From the NCBI GenBank assembly GCA_964481155.1, contig CAYZSX010000001.1:1-44834 (forward strand): a stretch of 44,834 nucleotides of DNA. The letters are read 5' to 3'. Below are positions 17,743 to 26,099 of this stretch, one piece after another. The position numbers and the translations under genes are program-made. The notes below the pieces were generated by a model. That model searched no databases, was not told where the DNA came from, and saw only the letters and a list, made by a program, of their open reading frames with translations. Positions within the stretch are counted from its first letter, which is position 1; the number at the start of each line of letters is the position of its first letter. Origin of the DNA: an uncultured Candidatus Saccharibacteria bacterium. Lineage in GTDB: Bacteria > Patescibacteriota > Minisyncoccia > Phycocordibacterales > UBA9973.

Positions 17743-17784
17743 GTTGCCCCAAAAACTCTACTGGGTGTATAGTGGTCAAAAACC

Positions 17785-17901
17785 ATGCATATGGCACATG
17801 ACAGGATAGCAGCACTTCTCGTTGGATTTTCTAGCGGGAGCTTCATATTGTTTTTTCTAAGTGTTGTGATAGTTTTTCGCACCAAATCAATGCCGGTATA
17901 A
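17785..17901 (+). CDS. candidate 38-aa hydrophobic micro-protein
   Basis: Translates to MHMAHDRIAALLVGFSSGSFILFFLSVVIVFRTKSMPV. It lies 11 nt downstream of TATAGT (17768-17773), and its stop codon sits in the loop of hairpin 17889-17910. It falls below the ORF-track length cut-off. Confidence 0.3.
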   Translation: MHMAHDRIAALLVGFSSGSFILFFLSVVIVFRTKSMPV

Positions 17902-17912
17902 ACCGGCATTTT
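17889..17912 (+). terminator. hairpin after the 38-codon ORF
   Basis: AATGCCGG-tataaa-CCGGCATT followed by TT. The short T tail makes this a weak terminator. Confidence 0.4.
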
Positions 17913-17964
17913 GCGATATACGAAAAGTGTTGTAGTATCACTGAAACCTTTAAATCGTATACAT

Positions 17965-18234
17965 ATGGGCTCAGATGAATTTCGTGCTTTTTATCCTACA
18001 CAACCACAAACCAATTCTCAAAAGTTACCCCTTCAAAAAGGGGATCGTGTACGCTTCAGAAAGTCTAAAGATCAACAATGGCGTGACGGCTACATGGTGA
18101 GATACACCCAGCCTGAACAATCTGTTTTTGTGAGCCCTGTTGCTCCTGATGATCCACATTATTCAGAAAAAGCAGATGACCTTGTTTTGATCAGCCTATT
18201 TCAAGGGCTACTTCAGCGTAACGAAGAAATTTAA
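17965..18234 (+). CDS. hypothetical protein, 89 aa
   Basis: The ORF starts at the first ATG (the track begins at TTG 17911) and is followed by a strong terminator. No motif was recognised. Confidence 0.5.
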   Translation: MGSDEFRAFYPTQPQTNSQKLPLQKGDRVRFRKSKDQQWRDGYMVRYTQPEQSVFVSPVAPDDPHYSEKADDLVLISLFQGLLQRNEEI

Positions 18235-18244
18235 CCAAGTTTCT

Positions 18245-18268
18245 AGCCGGCACATGCCGGCTTTTTTT
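18245..18268 (+). terminator. intrinsic terminator after the 17965-18234 gene
   Basis: AGCCGGC-acat-GCCGGCT followed by T7. Confidence 0.75.
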
Positions 18269-18281
18269 ATTACCCACTTTT

Positions 18282-18290
18282 TGCTATCAT
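18282..18290 (+). promoter_or_regulatory. extended -10 TGCTATCAT for alaS
   Basis: Lies 6 nt upstream of ATG 18297 and follows a terminator. Confidence 0.55.
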
Positions 18291-18296
18291 GGCGCC

Positions 18297-20033
18297 ATGA
18301 CTTCAGCACAGATTCGCAAACGGTTTCTCGACTTTTTTGCTGCCCGCGGACATGCGATTTTGCCATCAGCATCGCTCGTCCCCAAGAACGACCCTTCAGT
18401 ACTGTTCAACACCGCAGGGATGCAACCACTCGTCCCATATCTCATGGGAGAGGTTCATCCGCTCGGCAAACGCCTCGCGAGCTGTCAGAAATGTGTGCGT
18501 ACCGGTGACATCGAGGAGGTCGGCAATCACAAAAACCTCACATTCTTTGAGATGCTCGGCAATTGGTCACTCGGAGATTATTTCAAAGAGAATGCGATCA
18601 AGTGGAGTTATGAGTTCCTCACGAGCAAAGAAGAAGGTCTCGGACTTGATCCAGCCCGTCTCTATGTGACTGTGTTTGAAGGTGACGAGGACGCACCACG
18701 CGATCTTGAAGCAGTGGAGATCTGGAAACAGTACATCCCTGAGCACCGGATTTATTTCTTGCCCAAGAAAAACAACTGGTGGAGCGCCGGAGATAATGGT
18801 CCGTGCGGTCCTGATACGGAAATGTTTTATGACGTCACCGGCACACTCGGCGATATGACGCACGAGGAGTATGTGGCAGCAGATGATCGCGGCGATGTCG
18901 TCGAGATCTGGAACGACGTGTTTATGCAGTATCTTTCCAAAGATGGAAAGGTCGTGGGTCAGCTTCCTCAGAAAAATATCGATACGGGAAGTGGACTCGA
19001 GCGTATCTCGATGATCGTACAGGGCAAATCTACTGTCTATGAAGCAGACATGTTTGCGCCGGCGATGGCAAAGATTTCTCAAAGTGCACAGCGATACAAC
19101 GAGCGCAGTGCTCGAATCGTTGCAGATCACACACGCAGCGCAGTATTTCTCATCGCTGATGGCGTGCTTCCTGGCAACAAAGATCAAGGGTACATACTCC
19201 GCAGACTTATCCGTCGTGCGGTTATGCAAGCACGTACACTCGGGCTTGACGCACATTTCCTTGGAGAGCTCGCTGCACTGTTTGGGGAGCTATACAAAGA
19301 TGTATATCCAGAAGTTGTATCGATAGAGATTGAGCGTGTCATCAATCAAGAAGAAGATAAGTTCACTAAAACCCTTGAATCAGGTCTCAAAGAATTTGCA
19401 AAAGGTACCGATCCATTTATCCTTGCGACAACGTATGGGTTTCCGATCGAGCTTACCCAAGAACTTGCACAAGAAAAGGGGATTACTATCGATCGCGCAG
19501 CATTTGATACGCAGATGAAATCCCACCAGGAGGCATCGCGCGCGGGAGCTGAGCACAAGTTCAAAGGTGGCCTTGCCAACACTAGTGAGATGACCACCAA
19601 ACTTCACACAGCGCACCACCTCCTCCTCAAAGCACTCCAAGAGATTGTTTCTCCTGATATACACCAAAAGGGAAGTAACATCACCGAAGAACGCCTCCGT
19701 ATCGACTTTAACTTTGATCGCAAGCTCACCCCCGAAGAACTCCAAAAAGTAGAAGATCTCGTCAATGAAAAGATTCGCGAAGACCTCTCGGTTACTCGTC
19801 GAGAGATGCCAAAAGGTGAAGCAGAAAAGTTGGGCGCAGAGATGGAGTTTGGTACTACGTATCCTGATATCGTATCGGTATACATGATCCATGATGCACA
19901 CGACAATATCTTTTCAAAAGAATTTTGTGGAGGGCCACATGTTGAGCGCACTGGTATGCTCGGCGTTTTCAAGATAGTCAAAGAAGAAGCATCGAGCGCG
20001 GGTGTACGCCGCATCAAAGCAACGCTTTCATAA
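18297..20033 (+). CDS. alaS: alanine--tRNA ligase, short form without the C-Ala domain
   Basis: Class II core (FTNAGM-like FNTAGMQ, GNWSLGDYFK, GPCGPDTE) and editing motifs HTAHHLL and CGGPHV. The protein is 578 aa. ATG lies 6 nt after TGCTATCAT. Confidence 0.92.
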   Translation: MTSAQIRKRFLDFFAARGHAILPSASLVPKNDPSVLFNTAGMQPLVPYLMGEVHPLGKRLASCQKCVRTGDIEEVGNHKNLTFFEMLGNWSLGDYFKENAIKWSYEFLTSKEEGLGLDPARLYVTVFEGDEDAPRDLEAVEIWKQYIPEHRIYFLPKKNNWWSAGDNGPCGPDTEMFYDVTGTLGDMTHEEYVAADDRGDVVEIWNDVFMQYLSKDGKVVGQLPQKNIDTGSGLERISMIVQGKSTVYEADMFAPAMAKISQSAQRYNERSARIVADHTRSAVFLIADGVLPGNKDQGYILRRLIRRAVMQARTLGLDAHFLGELAALFGELYKDVYPEVVSIEIERVINQEEDKFTKTLESGLKEFAKGTDPFILATTYGFPIELTQELAQEKGITIDRAAFDTQMKSHQEASRAGAEHKFKGGLANTSEMTTKLHTAHHLLLKALQEIVSPDIHQKGSNITEERLRIDFNFDRKLTPEELQKVEDLVNEKIREDLSVTRREMPKGEAEKLGAEMEFGTTYPDIVSVYMIHDAHDNIFSKEFCGGPHVERTGMLGVFKIVKEEASSAGVRRIKATLS

Positions 20034-20040
20034 CTCTTCG

Positions 20041-20049
20041 TGATATACT
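20041..20049 (+). promoter_or_regulatory. extended -10 TGATATACT for the PilM-like gene
   Basis: Lies 6 nt upstream of ATG 20056. Confidence 0.5.
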
Positions 20050-20055
20050 TTTGGT

Positions 20056-21213
20056 ATGTCGTCACACGAACACGTGTTTGCAGTTTTTGATATCAGTTCA
20101 AGTTCAGTCGCTGGTGCACATGTGCTCTCACGTACTGATACGTGCCCCAACGCACTCATACTTACCTCAGTGCGTATCGACGCAGTTGTAACCGATGATA
20201 TCAACATCCAGAGATTTATCACGCAAGCAAACCGTTCGCTTGAGCAGGTGATCTCAACAATCCGTGCGCAAGATGTGCACAAACCTTCGCACATACAGAT
20301 CTCGCTTGCATCTCCTTGGTATAGCACCGAGACGCGGATCATATCGTATCGATCAGAAAAACCCTTTATCTGCACCAAAAAGCTCGTCGAATCACTCGTT
20401 GATACTGAAATCGCTGATATAAAAAAGACAGATGGCCCTTTTGGATCATATGGTAAAGACTCAGTTATCATCGAGAAACAACTTTCCGGTATCAAACTCA
20501 ATGGGTACCTCACCCATGAACCGTATGACAAAAAAGCTACCGAGCTTGAGTGCACTCTGACAGTAACCATTGCCCCCAAAACAGTGCTTGATCTTTTTTC
20601 TGACACACTTCGCAGGAGCTATGGCGCTCGACCGATCAGGTTTACCACAGGTGCGTTTACCGCGTTTATCGTTGCCCGTGATCGGCTTCCGATCGAAGAA
20701 GCTTGCATGATCGTTGATGTCGGCGAAGAAGTGACTGATGTTGCATTTGTTACAGCCGGGATGCTTGCGTATCAGCATTCGTTCCCTGTGGGGACGTTTG
20801 GTCTCTACCGAGCACTTGCCAAAGAAGGCGGTGACATGGTCACCGAATCCAAAGCACTCCTTGAGGCATACCGTATCAACAAAGTAGCTCCTCAAACCAA
20901 AAAACGCATCGAACGTGCAATCCTTGCCTATAGCAAAGAGTGGCAAAAAGGGCTTCAGCAAGTCCTAGAGACAGGGCACTATGGCTGGCGTGTACCACAT
21001 CAGATACTACTCATGGTCAACGAGCGATTTGAGACAATCATGACTAGTGTGCTAGTCAAAGATCCTATAATCAAACATAGTTGCGGAGCTGTCGAACCAC
21101 GCATCACCTATATCGACGAATCTACTCTCGGTACTGCGATTGGCACAGTATCACACGAACATATCGATATCCCCATTGCGACTACTGCATTATTTGCGCA
21201 GAGACTTGTATAA
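20056..21213 (+). CDS. PilM/FtsA-like actin-fold (ASKHA) protein, divergent
   Basis: Phosphate-1-like FAVFDISSSSVAG, phosphate-2-like MIVDVGEEVTDVAFV, then a PVGTFGLYRALA segment in the order seen in PilM and FtsA. Confidence 0.6.
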   Translation: MSSHEHVFAVFDISSSSVAGAHVLSRTDTCPNALILTSVRIDAVVTDDINIQRFITQANRSLEQVISTIRAQDVHKPSHIQISLASPWYSTETRIISYRSEKPFICTKKLVESLVDTEIADIKKTDGPFGSYGKDSVIIEKQLSGIKLNGYLTHEPYDKKATELECTLTVTIAPKTVLDLFSDTLRRSYGARPIRFTTGAFTAFIVARDRLPIEEACMIVDVGEEVTDVAFVTAGMLAYQHSFPVGTFGLYRALAKEGGDMVTESKALLEAYRINKVAPQTKKRIERAILAYSKEWQKGLQQVLETGHYGWRVPHQILLMVNERFETIMTSVLVKDPIIKHSCGAVEPRITYIDESTLGTAIGTVSHEHIDIPIATTALFAQRLV

Positions 21214-21222
21214 TACAGCAGT

Positions 21223-22473
21223 ATGAAGCTCTACGATGTTATTCGCAAAGAAGAAATCGGCCAAGAATCAGAACCTGTGACTCAACAGGTCGAACAGGTA
21301 CGACCCGCTCGTAGACCGCTGATCACGACGCACCGACATGTTTCTTGGAAAAAGATTGGAGTTATCGCTCTTGTTCTCCTATTTATTGCGCTTTTGTATG
21401 TAGTAGGGATGAAAATGGCCCGAGCAAAAGTAGTTGTGACCGAACGAGCGATCCCGTTTTCGCTTGATGGTGCTGAGTTTGAGCTTGTTCATGAAGGAGC
21501 ATCAAGTGCTGGACGTCTTTCGTTCCAAACCATGGTGGTTTCGGCTGAGGTGTCTCGGCAGGTATACGGTTCAGAAGTTGCGCAGAGTACGAGTTATGCA
21601 AAAGGAAATGTGGTCTTTTTCAACGAGTACAGTACCAAGGCTCAAACGATAAAAGCCAAGACAACCATCACTTCCAAAGAAGGCAAAAAATACCAAACAA
21701 CGGTATCGGTGACTGTCCCCGGATATACCCTCAAAAACAAAGTTAAAACCCCGGGTACTTCGGTCGCAGTCCCTGTTGTTGCTACTGGAGTTGGTCCTTC
21801 GTACAACACGCAAGGAACGAGCTTTAGTGTCTCGGGGTGGGGCAAGACACTGTACGCGCAGTCTTCGGGCGCTATCTCTGGAGGAGAAGACGGCATGCGG
21901 CACTCCGTTGCCAAAAAGGATGAAGCAGATGTGATTAGTGCCCTCCAAAACCAGCTCGTGGAGCGCCTCAAACGAGAAACTCGTGCTCAGATGCCCGAAG
22001 ATTTCATCACGTTTCCTGATCTACAGATCACAACTATCGATTCGAGTTCGCTCGTGCTCCATGGCGAGAGTATCAAGTTCCCTGCAAGTATCAAGGGATC
22101 GATGACCACCTATCTCATACCTCGTACTCTCCTTGAGACCACGATTGCAAACCATGTACTTCATGATCGTACCTATGCACGAGTGACTATCCCAGCACTT
22201 GCGAGCCTTGCAGTCATCCCAACAACCGCTCTTGATAGCAAACCACAAGATGTACCCGAAACGATCAAGGTGCGTGTCTCTGGTGACGGCACGATCATCG
22301 CAAAAGCATCACTTGATGCGATCAAAGAATCCCTCGTAGGGACTTCAAAAGGCGACTTTAGCAAAGTCCTCGATGGGGTACCCGAAGTAGATAGTGCCGA
22401 GTATCATTTTTACCCATTTTGGGCACCTTTGTTCCCAAGCGCTGACAACCGTATCAAGGTTGAGATCAAATAA
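21223..22473 (+). CDS. single-pass membrane protein with a large extracytoplasmic domain
   Basis: About 40 aa of charged N-terminus, one TM helix (IGVIALVLLFIALLYVVG) and about 350 aa of beta-rich ectodomain. ATG lies 8 nt after TATAAT (21209-21214). Confidence 0.7.
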   Translation: MKLYDVIRKEEIGQESEPVTQQVEQVRPARRPLITTHRHVSWKKIGVIALVLLFIALLYVVGMKMARAKVVVTERAIPFSLDGAEFELVHEGASSAGRLSFQTMVVSAEVSRQVYGSEVAQSTSYAKGNVVFFNEYSTKAQTIKAKTTITSKEGKKYQTTVSVTVPGYTLKNKVKTPGTSVAVPVVATGVGPSYNTQGTSFSVSGWGKTLYAQSSGAISGGEDGMRHSVAKKDEADVISALQNQLVERLKRETRAQMPEDFITFPDLQITTIDSSSLVLHGESIKFPASIKGSMTTYLIPRTLLETTIANHVLHDRTYARVTIPALASLAVIPTTALDSKPQDVPETIKVRVSGDGTIIAKASLDAIKESLVGTSKGDFSKVLDGVPEVDSAEYHFYPFWAPLFPSADNRIKVEIK

Positions 22474-22474
22474 G

Positions 22475-22503
22475 TTGACCAAATAAACCCATTGTAGTAC
22501 TAT
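22475..22503 (+). promoter_or_regulatory. sigma70-type promoter for the infA-ribosomal operon
   Basis: -35 TTGACC (22475-22480), a 17-nt spacer, and -10 TACTAT (22498-22503). ATG lies 15 nt downstream. Confidence 0.55.
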
Positions 22504-22518
22504 GTACTTCTATACCAC

Positions 22519-22725
22519 ATGGCAGCAGAAACAGTAGTCAAAGCAACAGTCTCAGAGGCATTGCCTAACACGATGTTTCGCGTCACGCTTGAAAACGGGG
22601 ACATCATCGTCGCATATCTCGCAGGCAAAATGCGCTTGCACCGGATCAAAGTATTGATCGGGGATACTGTCGACGTTGTGCTTGATCCCTATGGTGGAAA
22701 AGGACGTATTGTCAGACGCGCGTAG
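22519..22725 (+). CDS. infA: translation initiation factor IF-1
   Basis: S1/OB-fold IF-1 sequence ([12 protein letters not shown]....AYLAGKMR...I..L.GD.V), 68 aa. Confidence 0.93.
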   Translation: MAAETVVKATVSEALPNTMFRVTLENGDIIVAYLAGKMRLHRIKVLIGDTVDVVLDPYGGKGRIVRRA

Positions 22726-22764
22726 ATAGTGTATACTCACCCCGCCCCAATTTTTTATACAATC

Positions 22765-22875
22765 ATGAAGATTCGATCAACCGTCAAGAAAATGTGTGAT
22801 AAGTGCAAGATTGTGAAGCGCAATCGCCACTTGGTCGTGATCTGTGATAACCCTAAGCATAAACAGAAACAATAA
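22765..22875 (+). CDS. rpmJ: 50S ribosomal protein L36
   Basis: My translation is [36 protein letters not shown], which carries the L36 zinc-ribbon pattern C-x2-C-x12-C-x4-H. It is absent from the ORF track because it is under 60 aa. Confidence 0.92.
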   Translation: MKIRSTVKKMCDKCKIVKRNRHLVVICDNPKHKQKQ

Positions 22876-22877
22876 TC

Positions 22878-23258
22878 ATGCGTATCCTCGGTATAACTAT
22901 CCCCAATGAAAAGCGCCTAGATGTCGGTCTCACGACACTCTATGGTATCGGCACTGCAACTGCTACCAAAATCCTCAAACAGGTCAAGGTAGATCCTGCG
23001 ACCAAGGCAAAGGATCTCACTATTGATCAAGAAAACGAGATTCGCAAGCTTATCGAAGAGCGTACTATCGAAGGAAACCTCAAGCGTGAGATTGCTGCAA
23101 ACATCAAGCGTCTCAAGGATATCAAGGCATACCGTGGCGTCCGTCACATGCGCCGATTACCAGTTAAGGGTCAGCGCACCAAGACCAACTCTCGTACTGT
23201 CCGCGGCAACGTCCGCAACACGATGGGTAGCGGTCGTCGTAAGGAAAGTAAGACATAA
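22878..23258 (+). CDS. rpsM: 30S ribosomal protein S13
   Basis: MRILGI.IP..KR....LT.IYGIG and YRG.RH..GLPVRGQRTKTN-like motifs. Confidence 0.95.
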   Translation: MRILGITIPNEKRLDVGLTTLYGIGTATATKILKQVKVDPATKAKDLTIDQENEIRKLIEERTIEGNLKREIAANIKRLKDIKAYRGVRHMRRLPVKGQRTKTNSRTVRGNVRNTMGSGRRKESKT

Positions 23259-23267
23259 TCATAACCT

Positions 23268-23702
23268 ATGGGAAAAAAACGAATTGCAACTCAAGAAGGA
23301 ACCCTCGTTGACGCAGACAAGCGCGGTCGAGCAGTGGCGCGTACTACCAAGAAAAAGCTCACAACAGCGATGCTCTCTATCGAGGCAACCTTTAACAACA
23401 CCAAAGCGGTCGTCAGTGATACCAAGGGTAATGCACTTTTTTGGTCTTCATCAGGTTCACTTGGGTTCAAAGGTGCAAAAAAGGGTACTCCGTTTGCTGC
23501 ATCAAAAGTGGGAGAAATCCTCGCTGAAAAAGCAACAACTGCAGGTATCAAGGAAACTCATGTGGTTGTCAAAGGTGTCGGCAGTGGTCGCGAGCCGCTC
23601 ATCCGTGCCTTCATTGCAACCGGTATTGAGCTCCTTTCGGTCAAAGACCGGACCCCTGTACCACACAACGGTCCAAAGCCTAAGAAGCCACGAAGAGTTT
23701 AA
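23268..23702 (+). CDS. rpsK: 30S ribosomal protein S11
   Basis: S11 pattern (SFNNT..., GFKG.KK.TPFAA, V.VKG.G.GRE.AIRA), 144 aa. Confidence 0.95.
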   Translation: MGKKRIATQEGTLVDADKRGRAVARTTKKKLTTAMLSIEATFNNTKAVVSDTKGNALFWSSSGSLGFKGAKKGTPFAASKVGEILAEKATTAGIKETHVVVKGVGSGREPLIRAFIATGIELLSVKDRTPVPHNGPKPKKPRRV

Positions 23703-23714
23703 TCGAGTTTTTAT

Positions 23715-24314
23715 ATGAAAGTATCAGCAAAGTACAAAATGTGTCGTCGTCTCGGATCTGGAGTATTTGAAAAATGCCAGAATCAAAAGTTCACCGCATC
23801 AGAGACCAAAAAGTCTACCGGTAAGCGCCCAAAGCAGCTCTCTGACTACGGTCGCCAGCTCATCGAGAAGCAAAAAGTTCGTTTCTCATACGGTATCTCA
23901 GAAAAGCAGCTTTCTAACTACGTTGCAAAAGCAAGTGCTACCAAAGGTATGCCTGTCACCGAAAAGCTCACCCAACTCCTCGAATCACGACTCGACAATG
24001 TTGTGTATCGCCTCGGCCTCGCATCGACTCGCCGTCTTGCTCGTCAGCTCGTCTCACACGGACACATCACTGTGGGTGGTACCAAGGTGACTATCCCGTC
24101 ATACGAGGTGCGCGCAGGTGAGGTGATCGCTGTACGCGAAGGTTCTCGCAAGAGTCCACTCTTTACAGATATGAAAAAGAAGCTTGAGAGCTATCAATGG
24201 CCAAACTGGCTCAAGTTCTCGCCTGAATCACTACAGGCGGAGGTAGTGGCAAAGCCGAAGCACGACGAGCAGTTTTTGCAGCTCGATGCTGTGCTTGAGT
24301 TCTACAGTCGTTAG
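23715..24314 (+). CDS. rpsD: 30S ribosomal protein S4
   Basis: LSDYG.QL.EKQK.R..YG and the S4 domain RLDNVVYRLGLA.TR..ARQLV.HGHI.V. Confidence 0.95.
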   Translation: MKVSAKYKMCRRLGSGVFEKCQNQKFTASETKKSTGKRPKQLSDYGRQLIEKQKVRFSYGISEKQLSNYVAKASATKGMPVTEKLTQLLESRLDNVVYRLGLASTRRLARQLVSHGHITVGGTKVTIPSYEVRAGEVIAVREGSRKSPLFTDMKKKLESYQWPNWLKFSPESLQAEVVAKPKHDEQFLQLDAVLEFYSR

Positions 24315-24343
24315 AACACAGGTTAGGAGTTTTTACAAATTAA

Positions 24344-24352
24344 TGGTACAAT
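24344..24352 (+). promoter_or_regulatory. extended -10 TGGTACAAT for rpoA (internal promoter)
   Basis: Lies 9 nt upstream of ATG 24362 in the 47-nt rpsD-rpoA gap. Confidence 0.55.
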
Positions 24353-24361
24353 ATATATCCT

Positions 24362-25369
24362 ATGAGTGAACAAAACATCATCCTCCCATCAAAACCACGA
24401 GCAACCCTAGAGCAGGGCAACAAAGGCGTATTTGAGATAGACGGTCTCGTACCAGGCTACGGCTACACTCTCGGCAACTCACTTCGCCGCATCATCCTTT
24501 CTTCACTTCCTGGAGCTGCGGTCACTGCGGTCAAAATCGATGGTGTAAGCCACGAATTTGCAACGATGGACGGTGTCAAAGAAGACGTCATCACACTCTT
24601 GCTCAACCTCAAAAACGTTCGTTTCTCACTCACATCTACCGAACCACAAAAAATCAGCTTTTCAGTCAAAGGCCCCAAAGTTGTTACCGCTGCTGACATC
24701 GGCGCAAAGGGTGCGGTTTCTGTTGCAAACCCAGACCAGTACATCTGTGAAATCACTGGCAAGACGACTCTTGACGTCGAACTCACTGTCGAACACGGCC
24801 TCGGCTTTGTCTCTCGTGATGCACACCACAAACAAAAGGCAGAGATCGGTACTATCTTTCTTGATGCGATCTTTTCTCCAATCCGACGCGTATCATACGA
24901 CGTCGAAGAAATGCGTGTCGGTGACAAAACCAACTTCAACCGCCTCCGTATGACGATTGAAACTGACGGCACGATGTCTCCACGAGAAGCTCTTGAGCGA
25001 TCTGTACGCATCATGATCGAGCAGCTTGCTGCAGTAGTAGAAGTTTCTGCACAAGACATGATTGACGAAGTACAATCTCGTATGTCTCTCAAATCACCAG
25101 TAATGGCTGAGACCTCTGATACAGCTACTTCTTCAGAAGAGTCAGCAGACGAAAGTGTCGATGTGACTGATGTCCTCAAAAACCGCATCGATTCTATCGG
25201 TCTCTCTACTCGCACTCTCAACGCCCTCACTGCTGCAAACATCCGCACGGTCGGCGGTATTGCTCGCAAACACGTCAGCGACCTCCTCGAGATCGATGGT
25301 ATCGGCGACAAGGGGATCACTGAGATCAAGGAAGCACTTGCAGCGTTTGACTTGTCTTTGAAGGACTAA
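24362..25369 (+). CDS. rpoA: DNA-directed RNA polymerase alpha subunit
   Basis: The NTD carries GYTLGNSLRRILLSSLPGAA-like GYTLGNSLRRIILSSLPGAAV. The CTD carries LSTRTLNAL..ANIRTVG. Confidence 0.95.
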   Translation: MSEQNIILPSKPRATLEQGNKGVFEIDGLVPGYGYTLGNSLRRIILSSLPGAAVTAVKIDGVSHEFATMDGVKEDVITLLLNLKNVRFSLTSTEPQKISFSVKGPKVVTAADIGAKGAVSVANPDQYICEITGKTTLDVELTVEHGLGFVSRDAHHKQKAEIGTIFLDAIFSPIRRVSYDVEEMRVGDKTNFNRLRMTIETDGTMSPREALERSVRIMIEQLAAVVEVSAQDMIDEVQSRMSLKSPVMAETSDTATSSEESADESVDVTDVLKNRIDSIGLSTRTLNALTAANIRTVGGIARKHVSDLLEIDGIGDKGITEIKEALAAFDLSLKD

Positions 25370-25391
25370 TACGGTATAACAGAGTACTCTT

Positions 25392-25745
25392 ATGCGACAC
25401 CACGACAACACCCGAAAATTTGGACGAGAAAAGAATGGCCGAGTAGCACTCTTGCGTGGTCTTGCTGCGTCTCTCATCGAGCACGGTCGTATCCTCACTA
25501 CTGAAGCAAAGGCAAAGGAAATCCGTCCAAAGGTAGAGAAACTCGTCACCAAAGCCAAGAACCCAACGCTTGCAAACCGACGCCTCCTCCTCTCGGGGCT
25601 CTACAACAACGAAGCAGTTGTCGGCAAACTCATCGCTGATATCGCTCCCAAGTACGCTGACCGTGCAGGTGGCTACACTCGTATCACCAAGATCGTCCAG
25701 CGCAAGAGTGACGGCAGCCCTATGGCACTTATTGAATTTGTATAA
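25392..25745 (+). CDS. rplQ: 50S ribosomal protein L17
   Basis: MRH....KLGR....R.ALLR.L...L. pattern and a C-terminal GGYTRI segment. Confidence 0.93.
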   Translation: MRHHDNTRKFGREKNGRVALLRGLAASLIEHGRILTTEAKAKEIRPKVEKLVTKAKNPTLANRRLLLSGLYNNEAVVGKLIADIAPKYADRAGGYTRITKIVQRKSDGSPMALIEFV

Positions 25746-25749
25746 TCTT

Positions 25750-26094
25750 ATGAACTACACTATCGACGCAACAAACAAATCACTCGGACGCCTTGCGACA
25801 GAAGTCGCGACTATCCTCATGGGCAAAAACGACCCTTCATTTGCACGCAACACACTTTCAGGCAACTCAGTGACCGTCACCAACGCATCCAAGATCAAGA
25901 TGCGTCCAGAAAAGTCACTTGAGAAAACGTACCTTTCATTTTCAGGATACCCAGGCGGACTCAAAGAGCGCACCATGGCACATGTGATCGACACCAAAGG
26001 CTACCGTGAGGTAGTGACGCACGCAGTCCGTGGCATGCTCCCAGACAATCGTCTGCGCAAAGACATGCTCAAACACCTAACCGTTACCGAATAA
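25750..26094 (+). CDS. rplM: 50S ribosomal protein L13 (short, 114 aa)
   Basis: In-frame ATG 25750 lies 4 nt after the rplQ stop. L13-like GRLAT.VA..L.GK, Y..FSGYPGG and AVRGMLP motifs are present. The 5' part of the track ORF (25570-25749) overlaps rplQ and is rejected. Confidence 0.88.
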   Translation: MNYTIDATNKSLGRLATEVATILMGKNDPSFARNTLSGNSVTVTNASKIKMRPEKSLEKTYLSFSGYPGGLKERTMAHVIDTKGYREVVTHAVRGMLPDNRLRKDMLKHLTVTE

Positions 26095-26099
26095 TTTGT

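Noticed and set aside
17538-17909. 123-aa minus-strand ORF spanning the pepF 3' end and the intergenic region.
   Set aside because: It overlaps 205 nt of pepF antisense. It has no promoter or start-geometry support and no motifs. The plus-strand micro-ORF with promoter and hairpin explains the intergenic part better.
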